The notes beneath the pieces were generated by a model that did not search any database, was not told where the DNA came from, and worked only from the letters and a program-made list of their open reading frames with translations. DNA of 64,000 nucleotides from NCBI RefSeq assembly GCF_000143415.4, contig NW_003314268.1, forward strand, positions 3,294,559 to 3,358,558, in the 5' to 3' direction. Below, one piece after another: positions 35,541 through 47,995 of the stretch; positions within the stretch are counted from its first letter, which is position 1, and every line of letters starts with the position of its first letter. The stretch comes from Selaginella moellendorffii. Lineage: Eukaryota > Plantae > Lycopodiophyta. Made by a program: the position numbers and the translations under genes.

Positions 35541-38500
35541 ATGAATCCCGCTCTGCCTGGGGCCGCGTATAACATCATTCCTGTGCACGATGTCTTGGCG
35601 GATCACGTCGCGCTACATTTTCCAGAGGTACGGCGCGATTCTATTTTTCTAGCAAGAGCTTAGTTTTTTTGTGTATCTCTCGTATTGATGTTTGTTTGCG
35701 TGTAGGTCCGGGCAGCTGTTGCCGCACTACAGACGGTGGGAGAATTGAGGAAACCTCCCGGTTTTCAATGGAGACAAGGGATGGATCTTCTCGATTGGCT
35801 TCAAGGTTTCTTTGGATTTCAGGTGCGTGTCATCTCTGAGGAGCTAGTTTGACTCAAACTGTTTTCCAGGAAGGAAATGTGAAGAACCAAAGAGAGCATT
35901 TGATACTTCTGCTTGCGAACTCGCAAATGAGAGTCACGCCACCGCCAGACCCCATCGATCGGGTAAGGTTACTTCGTGTGCTAGTTTCTGTCTTTCGTTC
36001 ATCGTGGTTTAAACTTGTGCAGCTAGACCAGAAGGTGGTAGTCAAGCTACGTAAGAAAGTGCTCAAGAATTACAGACTATGGTGCAGCTTCATGGGACGG
36101 CCAAACAAACTCAAGTACTGGAGATGCTTCATTTATTCTAACTCTTTACATTTTTATGAACTAGAGTATATGACGGAAGGGTGGATGAGAGGCTGGAGCT
36201 ACTTTATATATCACTCTACTTTCTTGTGTGGGGTGAGGCAGCCAACCTTCGGTTTATGCCCGAGTGCCTCGCCTTTATATTCCACAATGTAAGTTCTCTC
36301 TTCCACACGTTTGTGGGCTGAAATGGGGTCTCAGATGGTTGACGAGCTGAATCAAATACTGGAAGACTACATTGACGAAATGTCAGCCATGCCTGTTCGC
36401 CCTGTAAGCCACGGGGAAAATGGGTATTTGAAGAACGTGATTACTCCACTATATGACATCGTCAAAGAAGTGAGTTGAGGACCATTAAGACCGTAATTTT
36501 GTAACGTATGTTTCACGGCAGGAAGCTGCGGCAAGCAAGGATGGTAAAGCTCCTCATTCGGCATGGAGGAATTACGATGATATGAACGAATACTTTTGGT
36601 ATGAAGTTCCTGCTATGGATATCTAACAGTTTTCTTGCACATGTTTACCTGCTCAGGAGTAACAGATGCTTTCAACACTTAGGATGGCCATTGAACTTGG
36701 GAAGCAATTATTTTGTTAAGCCTGCGGTATGCTAGCACTGTAAGCTGAACTTGTTAACTTACTCTTAAGTTTCCACAGGGCATGCTGACACATAAAGTTG
36801 GAAAAACTGGATTTGTAGAGCAACGCTCCTTCTGGAACTTATACAGGAGTTTTGATCGCCTATGGGTTATGTATATACTTTTCTTGCAGGTACATTGTGC
36901 ACATATGTTGTCCTTTTAACAGCACCATTTTGTACAGGCATCAATTCTAATTACTTGGGAGGAAGCAGGGCCTCCATGGACTGCACTACGACAAAAAGAT
37001 ATCTCGCTACACCTTTTTAGTTTATTCATTACCTGGGCTGGGCTCCGCATCCTTCAAGGTAAACAAGATCTTTGCAAGCCATATTGACGCTTGATACTTG
37101 GGTTCAGCTGTGTTGGACATTTGGATGCAAAGGCGACTTATGTCAAGAGAGACCATGATGTTTGGAGTAAGAATGGTCTTAAAGATCGTTACTGGCGTTG
37201 TTTGGGTTATAGTATTTGCAGTCCTTTACAGGTAACTAGATCAGACTCTTATCGGCGGGTTTACTAAACTTTTTGTCCGAGCAGTCAAATGTGGCGCCAG
37301 CGCCGGCAGGACGGATTTTGGTCGAACGCAGCAAACCAGCGGCTGAAAATGTTAATTGAAGCTGCATTGGTATTTATAGCCCCGGAAGTTCTAGCTCTGC
37401 TGCTCTTCATATTACCCTGGGTGCGGAACTTCATCGAGAACAAGGACTGGAAAATCTTCAACTTGATGACGTGGTGGTTTCAGGTATGCTGAATTCAAAT
37501 ACGGAGCCTTTGCTGATTCGAATAATGCAGACGAGGCTTTTTGTCGGCCGTGGGTTACGTGAGAGCCTTTATGACAACATAAAGTGAGTATTTCTGGATT
37601 CCTCCTACTGCTGAGTTTTGTGATAAAAATCAGGTACACATTATTCTGGATAATGGTTTTGGCGGCTAAGTTTTCTTTTAGCTACGCATTCCAGGTGCCC
37701 CACATTTTTATCAGAAGCCATTGTAATCGTTTTTTTCTTTTTTTCTAAAACAGATCAGTCCACTAGTGCGACCAACAAGGGCCACACTTCGGACTACAAA
37801 CGTCGAATACAGGTGGCACCAGTTCTTTGGAAGAGGTATGCTGATGATAGACTTTTAGAGTGCAAGCTTACTCCGTTTATATTACAGGAAATCGTATTGC
37901 AGCGGTATGTTTGTGGGCTCCGGTTGTGCTGGTACGTCTCTTTTCTGCTTGGAATATAAAATTGACCGAGTTAGTTCAGGTTTATTTTATGGACACACAA
38001 ATTTGGTACTCTGTGTTCTCGTCATTAGTTGGTGCCTTGATTGGCCTATTTTCACATATTGGTGAGGTATGCGCTCTCTTTTGAAGAAGTTGCCACATTC
38101 ATTGTTGTTACACTTCAGATCAGAAGCATCCATCAATTCAGATTGCGGTTTCCTTTCTTTGCTAGTGCCATTCAGTTCAACCTTATGCCTGAAGAATCAC
38201 TCTTAAGGCCCAGGTACTTGTTTTCTGTAATTTTGCCCACTGTTCTAATGGGAGAACTTGCATGCAGGTTATGGGGAAGTTGGTCGGCAGCATTTAAAGA
38301 CTTGATGCACAGGTTAAAACTTCGTTACGGATTTGGGTCTCCCTACAAGAAGGTAATAAACAGTTGCAATAGGTAGTGTTCTAACGAGTATTGACAGATT
38401 GAGGCCAAACAAATAGAAGAGCGGCGGTTTGCGCACGTTTGGAATCAAATTATTAACACCTTCAGAGAGGAAGATCTGGTTTCCAACAGGTATTAGCAGT

Positions 38501-41500
38501 AGTTACGTGCGGCTACTAATCTTTTTACCTGTAGCGAAATCAATTTGCTGGAAGTTCCGACTCCCAAGTGGAACATCTCTGTGCTGCAATGGCCAGCGTT
38601 TTTATTGGGAAACGAGGTACATTAGTTCGTATGTGATCTTATTTTTTTCTTTTCTTTTACGAACTTCATCTTCAGATTTTAATGGCTCTTGGGCAAGCTA
38701 GAGATTGGCAGGATACTGACAGGAGGTTGTGGAGAAAGATTTGTAAAAACGAATTCCGTCCATCCGCTGTGATCGAATGCTATGAAAGCCTGAAACATAT
38801 ACTTCTTCGCAAAATTATCAACGAGGAAAGCGAAGATCACGCTACCCTGACTCGCCTGTTTGAACAGATCGACAGCGCTCTTAGCCAGGGGAAGTTTTGC
38901 AACGAATACAACCTTTATGAGCTTCCTAACATTCACTCGCGGGTATTGCCTTTGATAGCAGCATTGTTAAAAAGGCCGACTCAGGAGGACACGAAAGAGG
39001 TTTGCCCGAGTTATTTCCGTGCTTAATTTTGTAAAAAGCATGTTTTTCAGGTAGTAACGGCTCTACAAAATCTATTTGATGTTGTAGTGCGCGATTTTCC
39101 AAAGCACAAAGGTCTTCAAGACTATTTAATACCGCGGAGAAATGATCAACCACTTCCTTTCGTTGAGTCTATTATTCTACCAGACCCTGAAGACAACGAT
39201 TTCTTCCCTCAGCTGAAACGAGTACACATTGTATTAAGTACTAAAGAGTCTATTTCACGTGTTCCGCACAACTTGGAAGCAAGGCGACGCATTTCCTTTT
39301 TCAGTAACTCTCTCTTTATGACAATGCCTCGCGCTCCTCAGGTGAGTGTTTCTTGAAATCTTGTTTAGCTTACTTCCTTCTTTCACAGGTGGAAAAGATG
39401 TTGTCCTTTAGTGTTTTAACACCCTACTATAGCGAATCCGTTTTGTACACCAAGAACGAGCTCCTTGATGAAAATGAGGAGGGAGTCTCAATTCTGTTTT
39501 ACCTCCAAAAGATATTTCCAGGTTTCTGCTTTGCTGTTTCTAGACGCAAGTGCTGAACTTTCTTTTTCTTTTTTGTTTTTGTTACGAAGACGAGTGGATC
39601 AACTTCTTGGAACGTATGAGCAGTCTTGGCATAAAAGAATCTGATTTGTGGACTGCGGACAAAGGTCTGGAACTTCGCCTTTGGGCCTCTTACCGTGGCC
39701 AGACTCTCGCACGTACCGTACGTGGAATGATGTACTACAACAGGTTTGTCGCACATGTTTCTGCTGATTGGTTGGTGCTCAGCCTGTTTATACAGAGCTT
39801 TGCAGATTCAAGCTTTTCTAGATTCGGCATCGGAAAATGATCTTCACGGCTACCGTGAAATGCTGTCGCGGGCGTCAAGCATGGCTGACGATAGTAGGAA
39901 CGGGTCACACGTACACCGAGACTCGTTTGGTCACGGACAAAGCGGCTCGCTTTACAAGGAGGAGCAATACCGAGCAGCGTCAAGCTTGAAGTTCACGTAC
40001 GTGGTGGCCTGTCAGATATATGGCAACCAGAAAGCCAAGAACGAACACCAGGCAGAAGAGATACTTTTCCTCATGCAGAAGTTCGAAGCTTTGCGCATTG
40101 CATACGTGGACGAGGTTCCGGGACGAGACGCGAAAACTTTCTACTCGGTTCTCGTTAAATACGATCCTGCCAGCAATCAAGAGGTTGAGATTTACAGGAT
40201 CCAGTTACCTGGTCCACTAAAGCTAGGCGAAGGGAAGCCTGAGAACCAGAACCACGCTTTAATCTTTACCAGAGGCGAAGCTGTTCAGACGATTGACATG
40301 AATCAGGTATGCTCTATAATATTAGACATATTTGTGCTAAGCCTCTCCGTTTTTACAGGATAACTATTTTGAAGAAGCGCTGAAAATGCGAAACTTGCTC
40401 CAAGAGTTCACGCGCTATTATGGTATGCGAAAGCCTACTATTCTTGGAGTTCGTGAGCATGTCTTTACGGGATCAGTCTCCTCACTCGCGCATTTCATGT
40501 CATCTCAAGAAACTAGTTTTGTTACACTTGGCCAGCGAGTCTTAGCTAATCCACTCAAAGTGAGAATGCATTACGGGCATCCAGACGTCTTCGACAGGCT
40601 CTGGTTTATCTCCCGAGGTGGAATTAGCAAGGCTTCGAGAGTTATCAACATCAGCGAGGACATTTTTGCGGGTTTTAACTGCACTCTCAGGGGAGGAAAC
40701 GTTACTCACCACGAATACATCCAGGTTTGTGGCTATTTTAGCAGTGACATACTTACACCTCATGTCTTCTGTATAGGTTGGCAAGGGTCGAGATGTTGGA
40801 TTAAATCAGATAGCTCTATTTGAGGCTAAGGTGGCCAGTGGCAACGGTGAACAAACTTTGAGCCGGGATGTTTATCGCCTTGGACACCGACTGGACTTTT
40901 TCCGCATGCTTTCTTTCTACTACACAACAGTCGGGTTTTACTTGAACAACATGATGGTGGTTCTGACGGTGTATGCTTTTCTCTGGGGCCGAGTATATCT
41001 GGCTTTGAGCGGAGTTGAGCGTGGACTTCTGTCCAGTTCAACTAGTAACAGCGCTCTCACGGCAGCACTGAATCAGCAGTTTATCGTGCAGCTGGGACTT
41101 TTCACTGCGCTCCCAATGATTGTGGAGAACTCCATTGAGCGAGGATTCTCAAAGGCCGTCTGGGACTTTTTTACTATCCAGCTTCAACTAGCCTCTATGT
41201 TTTTCACATTTTCTATGGGCACCAAGACTCACTATTTTGGAAGAACTCTTCTTCATGGCGGTGCCAAGGTAATTCAGTTTTACGCATTGTGTGGCTTGCC
41301 GTTTAATAGTGTTGTTTTTCTGGATGCAGTATCGTGCAACCGGACGAGGATTTGTTGTGAAGCACGAGCGGTTTGCGGAGAACTACAGGCTCTACTCAAG
41401 AAGCCACTTCATCAAAGGCCTCGAACTCGCCCTTCTCCTGGTCGTTTACGAGGCATACGGTTCCTTCAGCAAGGACACAGTGGTCTACATTCTTCTCACA

Positions 41501-42280
41501 TTCTCAAGCTGGTTCTTGGCACTGACATGGATCCTGGCACCATTCGTTTTCAACCCGTCGGGATTCGACTGGCTCAAAACCGTGGACGACTACGAGGATT
41601 TCTTCAACTGGGTGTTCTACAGAGGAGGGGTCCTGGTAAAGGCTGACCAGAGCTGGGAATCTTGGTGGGACGAAGAGCAGGATCATTTGCGAACGACAGG
41701 CATATGGGGAAAAGTTTTCGAGGTGATCCTCTCCCTGCGCTTCTTCTTCTTCCAATACGGCATTGTCTACCAGCTTGGCATCGCGAACCACAGCACCAGT
41801 ATATTGGTTTATCTCCTCTCGTGGATATACGTCGTGGTGGCGTTCTTGCTTCATAAGATACTATCCTTCGCTCACGAGAAGTACGCGACGAGGGAGCACC
41901 TCACTTACAGAGCAATCCAGGCATTCGCGTTGTTCTTCTCGGTGCTGGTGCTCATCGTCCTCATCGAGCTTACAAGCTTTAGATTCTTGGACTTGATCGT
42001 CAGCTTGCTGGCTTTCCTCCCCACTGGTTGGGGACTGCTACAGATTGCACAGGTGCTGCGAAGGCCTTTCCTCGAGAGAACAGGAATGTGGCCAACGGTG
42101 GTGACGGTGGCTCGCCTCTACGAGCTCGGCATTGGGATCTTAGTCATGGTTCCGACCGCGGTTCTATCTTGGCTGCCAGGATTCCAGGCAATGCAGACGA
42201 GGATCCTTTTCAACCAGGCCTTCAGCAGAGGCCTCCAGATCTCCAGGATTCTCGTCGGCAAAAGGCCAAAATCTTACTGA
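35541..42280 (+). CDS. CALS: Callose synthase (1,3-beta-glucan synthase), GSL1/GSL5 (CalS11/12) type, about 28 introns
   Basis: N-terminus YNIIPVHDVLADH..FPEVRAA (no Vta1 domain); NQREHLILLLAN, EARRRISFFSNSLFM, GEGKPENQNHA, HYGHPDVFDR, AFSRGLQISRIL. Confidence 0.96.
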
Positions 42281-42485
42281 GAAGAAGATTAAAAGGTATG
42301 TCTTTTTTGTGTTTTCGCTTCCTGAAGAACTATCTCACAGTTTCCAGATTGTGTATGTAGTTAACGCGACTTTGATAGGAAAAGAATCACGCCTGTAAGT
42401 TCGTTTTTGTCTTATTTCCATCACACATACTTCACACAACTTTCGTTTGTATTGCCCGAGTCACCTTCGCTCTCGCTAGCCTTTT

Positions 42486-43183
42486 TCACTTTGGGGGCTT
42501 GACAAGCAGGCCCTTGCTGAGATTTATCATCGGGTACGACGTCCCCTTGGGAGGAGGACCATAGTTCGGGAAAGCAAAAGCTCCGAGATGATCCGGCAAG
42601 GTGTAGATGGAGACATCCTGGCTGGCCCCGCTTCCGCGGTCGTTCCAGACGAGCACCAGCGCCTCGGCATCGATGAACTCGACGAGATCGCTCTTGACAA
42701 GGACCTGGCCTTGAACTTCCGAGGTGGTGGGAGGAGCTCGTCCACGATCTTTCTTGAAGAAGGCCGGAGACAGGCAGTGGAAGCCGATGGGAACTTTGTC
42801 CTTCTTGATCCCCCAGACGGCGTAGTCGTCGGCGCGGCTGCTGCCCCAGATTTGCTCCCACCACTGGGGGCCGCCAAGAACAGCGATGGTGTCCTGGGCT
42901 CCCGAGAGGAAGGAGAAGGCCGGGACGAAGTAGTTTTGGAGGTGGCCGGCGGCGGGAGTTTGTCCCAGATACTGGGGGAGTGGATTCTTGAGCGCTGGCT
43001 TCCAGGCCGAGAGGTCCCTGTCGGCACGAGAGCCCGAATCGTTGTACTGCTGCACTCCAGGAATGTAGGAGTAGAAGAAACGCGCGTGGTCGGCTCGAGC
43101 ATCTAGCATGAGAGTCGTCAACTTTAAGGATTTGGGAGAGTTCTTTCTACTACACACGTACCTTTGGATGTTTCGCTGGCCAT
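42486..43183 (-). CDS. Vps62/DUF946-like three-repeat (putative beta-tripod) protein, 212 aa
   Basis: Exon 1 43162-43183 (MASETSK), GT-AG intron 43103-43161, exon 2 to 42486. Repeats: YNDSGSRADRDLSAWKP / WEQIWGSSRADDYAVW / VWNDRGSGASQDVSIY. Family assigned by motif recognition only. Confidence 0.7.
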
Positions 43184-43535
43184 TGAGCAGACAAACAGTG
43201 ACTGTGTTGGAATGAATGGATTTCTTCTTTTTTATTTATGTGGAGTTGAGGTGAGGCCAGGTCCAGTTTTACGACTTATCGTGCAAGGCCTCGCGCATAT
43301 ACGTAAATGTCGCCAAAGAAAACTAAAGAAAACTATGGCCGCCATTGACAAGAGCAGGTTAAAATAAGGTTAAAACAGTATATTAATACATTAATTAAGT
43401 TAACTTAAACAAATAACGTTTTCCCTCTGCCTTTTAAGCTTGAAAATTATATTTTCTATAAAACAAAAGTTTACTTTTAAAAGTAAAGGACCTGGATAAA
43501 AGTAAATATGAATTATAATAGAGCCCTAATCAGCT

Positions 43536-44097
43536 ATGGCGTTGGCAGCAGGCCGTGCAGTCTTGGAGGCGCTCAGGAGCTCTCCCGGTGGCTTTGATGC
43601 GGGTGTCCTCGAGCGAGTGGAGATCAAGGCCGCCGACGCAGGCCGGATCGTCTGCGGCATTCGCGTGCCCGCCAATCTCGCCGTATGTAGTAAGATCCGT
43701 GATCCCCTCTCCGGTATAACTGTGTTTGTAGAATGGATATGGAACGCTCCACGGTGGAGCCATTGCCACGCTCATCGACTGCGTGAGCACCATGGCGGTG
43801 CTCACAGTGGGTGGCACTAACACGGGCGTCTCGATCGACCTCAGCATCACTTACGTCTCGGCCGCCAGGATCGATGTGAGTTTGGAGTCAAGAGCAAGGA
43901 TCCAAGAACACTTAAACTGGTTTCCTTTTCTCTCCCAGGATGAGCTCGAGATCGAGTCTAAAGTTTTGAAGAAGGGGAAGAACGTTGTGATGCTATCGGC
44001 CGAGGTGAGGAGAGCTGGGAAGAATGGCGAGATTGTGGCGAGTGGGCATCACACCAAGTTCTTCTCGCGGCTATCGTTGTTTACCTCCAAGCTGTGA
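43536..44097 (+). CDS. Acyl-CoA thioesterase 13-like (HotDog/PaaI fold)
   Basis: Spliced NGYGTLHGGAIATLID, GVSIDLSITYVSAA, GEIVASGHHTKF; ends SKL (PTS1). Confidence 0.9.
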
Positions 44098-44515
44098 GTT
44101 TTACCTCCCATCGATCATCTAGTAGAAATATCATCTACGATCTAGACGATCTCTGGAGCGTAAGAAAGACAAGTATGGAGAGAGAACACAAATGAAAGAA
44201 TTTGTTTCTCTGGCAATCCTGGAGTGTAAAACTCAAACACAATGCTCGAGAAAAAGTTTTTTGAGAAACACGAAGTGTTATGCTTCTACAGGAAAACAAA
44301 GATCTAACAAACAAATTAAAAAACTAGAGAGTTTGTAACATTTTGCTTTCCTCTCTTGTTGCCGAGTGTAAAGTTATGCTTTCGATTGAGATCAAAGCAA
44401 ACTGCTTAAAGCTCACAATGCGTCAAACACACTGATGCCTTGGCACCTTCCCCGCCAAACACATCACTTGGATCAAACAGGAGTGAGCACAGACACTGAC
44501 AGATCAAAGGAGCAA

Positions 44516-45184
44516 ATGGAACAACAAGACGAGCACGACGCCCACAAGAACTTCGCCTCCAGGTACCTATGCCATCCCAATCCCGCCATCGCGATCCTGA
44601 CATGGATCATCACCATTCTCCTCGTCCTCGGCTTGCTCTTCGCGTGCCTGCTGCTCGTCACTTACATCGCCTTCCACCCCAAATCGCCCAAGGTCCACAT
44701 CCGCGACATCGCCGTCCGGCACCTCGGGGCCGTCATAGCCTCGCCCACCACCTTCTTCTCCACGGCGCTCCTCAAGGCGGACCTGGGCTTGATCCTCGAC
44801 GTGGCCAATCCAAACACGCGCCTCAAGATCCTCTTCGATGACATCCACCTCAACGTCTTCTTCGACGACATCCGGGTGGGCGAGGCGGTGCTCGCGGGGT
44901 TCTCGCAGGCCAAGCGCTCAGCCCTGGCGAGCGTGGAGAAGGACGTGGAGTCGGACGGCGTGGTGCTGCCGCGGGCGGTGGCCTCCAGCTTGCTGAGGGC
45001 GCTGGCGCAGCAGAGGATCTCCTTCCGGGTGGTGATTCGAGTGAAGATCCGGTTCCAGATCGGGAAGCTCAAGACGCCCAGGCTGAAGTTTGTGGAGAGG
45101 TGCGATTTGGATGTGAGGCCCCTGGCCACCTTCACCAGGGAGAGCGTGCTTAGAAAGAACTGTGACTCTGATATCAAGTTATGA
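44516..45184 (+). CDS. NDR1/HIN1-like (LEA_2) single-pass membrane protein, intronless
   Basis: TM helix followed by FHPKSPKVHI, ANPNTRLKILFD, GFSQ and terminal C-x-L-x-V motif. Confidence 0.85.
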   Translation: MEQQDEHDAHKNFASRYLCHPNPAIAILTWIITILLVLGLLFACLLLVTYIAFHPKSPKVHIRDIAVRHLGAVIASPTTFFSTALLKADLGLILDVANPNTRLKILFDDIHLNVFFDDIRVGEAVLAGFSQAKRSALASVEKDVESDGVVLPRAVASSLLRALAQQRISFRVVIRVKIRFQIGKLKTPRLKFVERCDLDVRPLATFTRESVLRKNCDSDIKL

Positions 45185-45874
45185 TATTGAATAAATTAAC
45201 TAAAAGTATCTTGAATATTCTAGAAATATTCGTTACACCCAGGTTTTCTAAAGGTTAACATTAATAACCATTACCTGATAATAATATATACCTGTTTTAT
45301 ATTCATTTTGTCTATTTATCAAAAATATAATGGATGAGATTAAATTTTAAAACAAATATGAAAAGGAGTCTAAGTCTTTTTATAAGTATAAATTATAATC
45401 ACTGAATTCAAATAAAGATCTTAAATAAAATTTAAATTATCTATATCTATCTCATGTGTGTGTGTGTATAAAAATCAATTAGATAATTCTATTTGTAGAC
45501 ACAAGCATGGCTTCATGTAATTCTAAGTGAAATTCTTCATTATTGTCACCATTCACTTCCACCATATCTAGCTCTTGGCTAATGTCACTAGATCTGAGAG
45601 CATGTTATGGAATATTATAAACCATAAATATTTCTTAATTAAAGAAAATTAAATTCCAATTTTATTTGTCTATCAAAGACATCACCTTTCATGTTCAAAC
45701 ATTTCAAACAGTTTAATTTATTTCTTTGAAATTACAAGTATTAAAAGGCATGGATAAAAGTCAGAAATTTCTTCCACTGACTTCTTTGTAATCTTTCCTT
45801 TTTTGTTTGCCATTAAAAATCAGTACATCAATTTGAGTATATACTTTTTATTAATGCTATTAGGTTCTATGTTT

Positions 45875-46460
45875 TTAAGTTTTGTTTATTGCATCCAGGA
45901 AAGCTTTGTGGGCAATAGCCACAGCATTCTTCCATCGTTGGTGAGAAGAGCAATTTTTCAACCGAGCTATGCTTCTACGGGTCATATTTTCGATCTGGGG
46001 AGAGAACGCAGTGGCCTCCACTCCATATAAGAGATAGTCCAGGGATGAGGAAGATCCGGGTGCTGCAGCTGATGTAGCAGTTGTGGACTCATCATGATCC
46101 GGCCACCATATGTACACATGAACTTTACCCTTCGTCCTAGGATTTGAAGAACATCTGGTTGGTTTGATCACGGCACTAAGCACTGGGAATTTCTAAAGCT
46201 AGCATCCATTCTTTTTGAAGCAAGAACTTTCAGGATAGATGAAAACTTGGGCGCGACCACCCCTCGACCAGTCGATTGATCTTTTCCAGGAGCTAGCTCC
46301 AAAAGGAACCTTCTTCTTTTCTTCTTGAGTTTATCTGCTTGGATTGTTAGAGAACAAGGCAAGAAAATGTACAAACCTGCTGGAATGCTCTCTGGATGTC
46401 GAAGAACTTGACCTTAAGAGACTTCTCAATGTAACAAGGCGCTCATAGAACATGGACAGG
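45875..46460 (-). pseudogene. Possible gene relic of unknown family
   Basis: Open stretches (DKLKKKRRRFLLELAPG; KGKVHVYIWWPDHD...LDYLLYGVE) linked by a GT-AG intron, with stops and a frameshift; no recognisable domain. Confidence 0.3.
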
Positions 46461-47995
46461 TGCTATTTATGATGATTTTATATGATGCACATTTTGATCT
46501 GTGATAATTGCTTTTCCACCATACATTTCCACAAAAAGATCATGAGCACCCGGCCACACCTGTAAGCTTTGGCACACTCTGATGGTGAAAGGATATATAA
46601 ACTTGTGCAAGGATGTACAAACTTGTACTGAAAAAGCACATACATAAACAAAATCTACATTTCAACACAAAAGTTCTAGTGACTCTTTAAATTTTCGAGT
46701 TTGATTTCAGACAAAACCATATGCTTAATTAGAGATTTTAACATAAAAAAAAACACAATAAAGAATTTGCCGTTTTGATGCCCATCAAATCTGACGTGTA
46801 TGTGCATTGCCCCAGTCGCGACGAGAGGACCGATCGAAGCGGATGATTCTGAGCTACGCGACGAGCGATTTCAAGCCTCAATTTGCTTGTTCTTTTTCTT
46901 GGTTTTGTTGGACGGGCAGGCAGGCAGGATCGATTGCTGGAAGTTCGTCTCTTTTCTCTGGGTGCATAAGCAATTCAAAATTTAGCGGGAAATGAGAAAT
47001 GCAAAATGCAGAGGTAAAATCCTAAAGCGAACCAAAATTCATAAAGCGTTTGCTGCTATATTTTTACACGCGCTTGGTGGTCGAGCCAGCAGAGTCAAAG
47101 AGAGCTTCAACACAAGTTTGTGGTGGTTTTTCTGGCTGGAACTGATTTCCAGACCTGTCACACTTGTGGAGGAGGAGATTCCAGTGGCCAGGTGCTGTGC
47201 GTTTTCGAGTGAAGAGAAGTCGGCTCTTTTAAACCAGCTGCAATAAGATGAAGGTACTTCATGCTTTTGGTTTGCAAGATTTGTAATCAAACTCGAGAAC
47301 CAAGCGGGTTAGCTATAATCTTAAGAGGAAGGAAAAGCATGGGCATGAGCTTCCTGGCGGATCAAGTTCATCCACTGAACTATGCTTGCATGCTCATGGT
47401 CACCGTATGGCTCAGTTGTTCACGGATTGATCGATTCGCCATGCTGGATCAAGAGGCAGAGATCACAAAATTCCAGTGGCGCTGGTGGCAGTGGAAATTG
47501 CGCAAGTATGCTGACTCGAACATCCTCTCCGCCTATTCCACGCCGGTCCCGACGAGAAACTTCCCCAAGAACGCTCGCGGGGCGACAGCAATCGCGGTGG
47601 GGATGCATGGCCACTGCCAGCATCCTAATGGTGGTATATGAAAGACACTTTGAACTAAATATTTTCTTAGCTCCAGAACAGCTAACTATCGTTTCTTATT
47701 GCATCTTTTTAAAATTGATCATAGCAAAGCAGCATCTTTGTGGTCACTGATTCACTCACGACCGAAACCAAAGCGCGCGAGTCATGTTTCCAAGGATGGA
47801 TTGACGGGTTTCGATTCTGCCGCATAGGCCGTCTGAATTAAATTGTGTTAATTAATGGATTGGTTCGGTGCGATATTTTCTTGCTCAGGTGGTGCGGCCG
47901 TTCATTTTCTTAGCCGAGCTCGAGCAACCATCGAGCTAGCAATCGATTCCCACCCTATTATGTATGATATTTCATTACTCTCTTGATCATCACCT

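Noticed and set aside
42486-43102. High GC content as evidence of horizontal transfer
   Set aside because: The native NHL gene nearby is equally GC-rich, so composition alone is uninformative.
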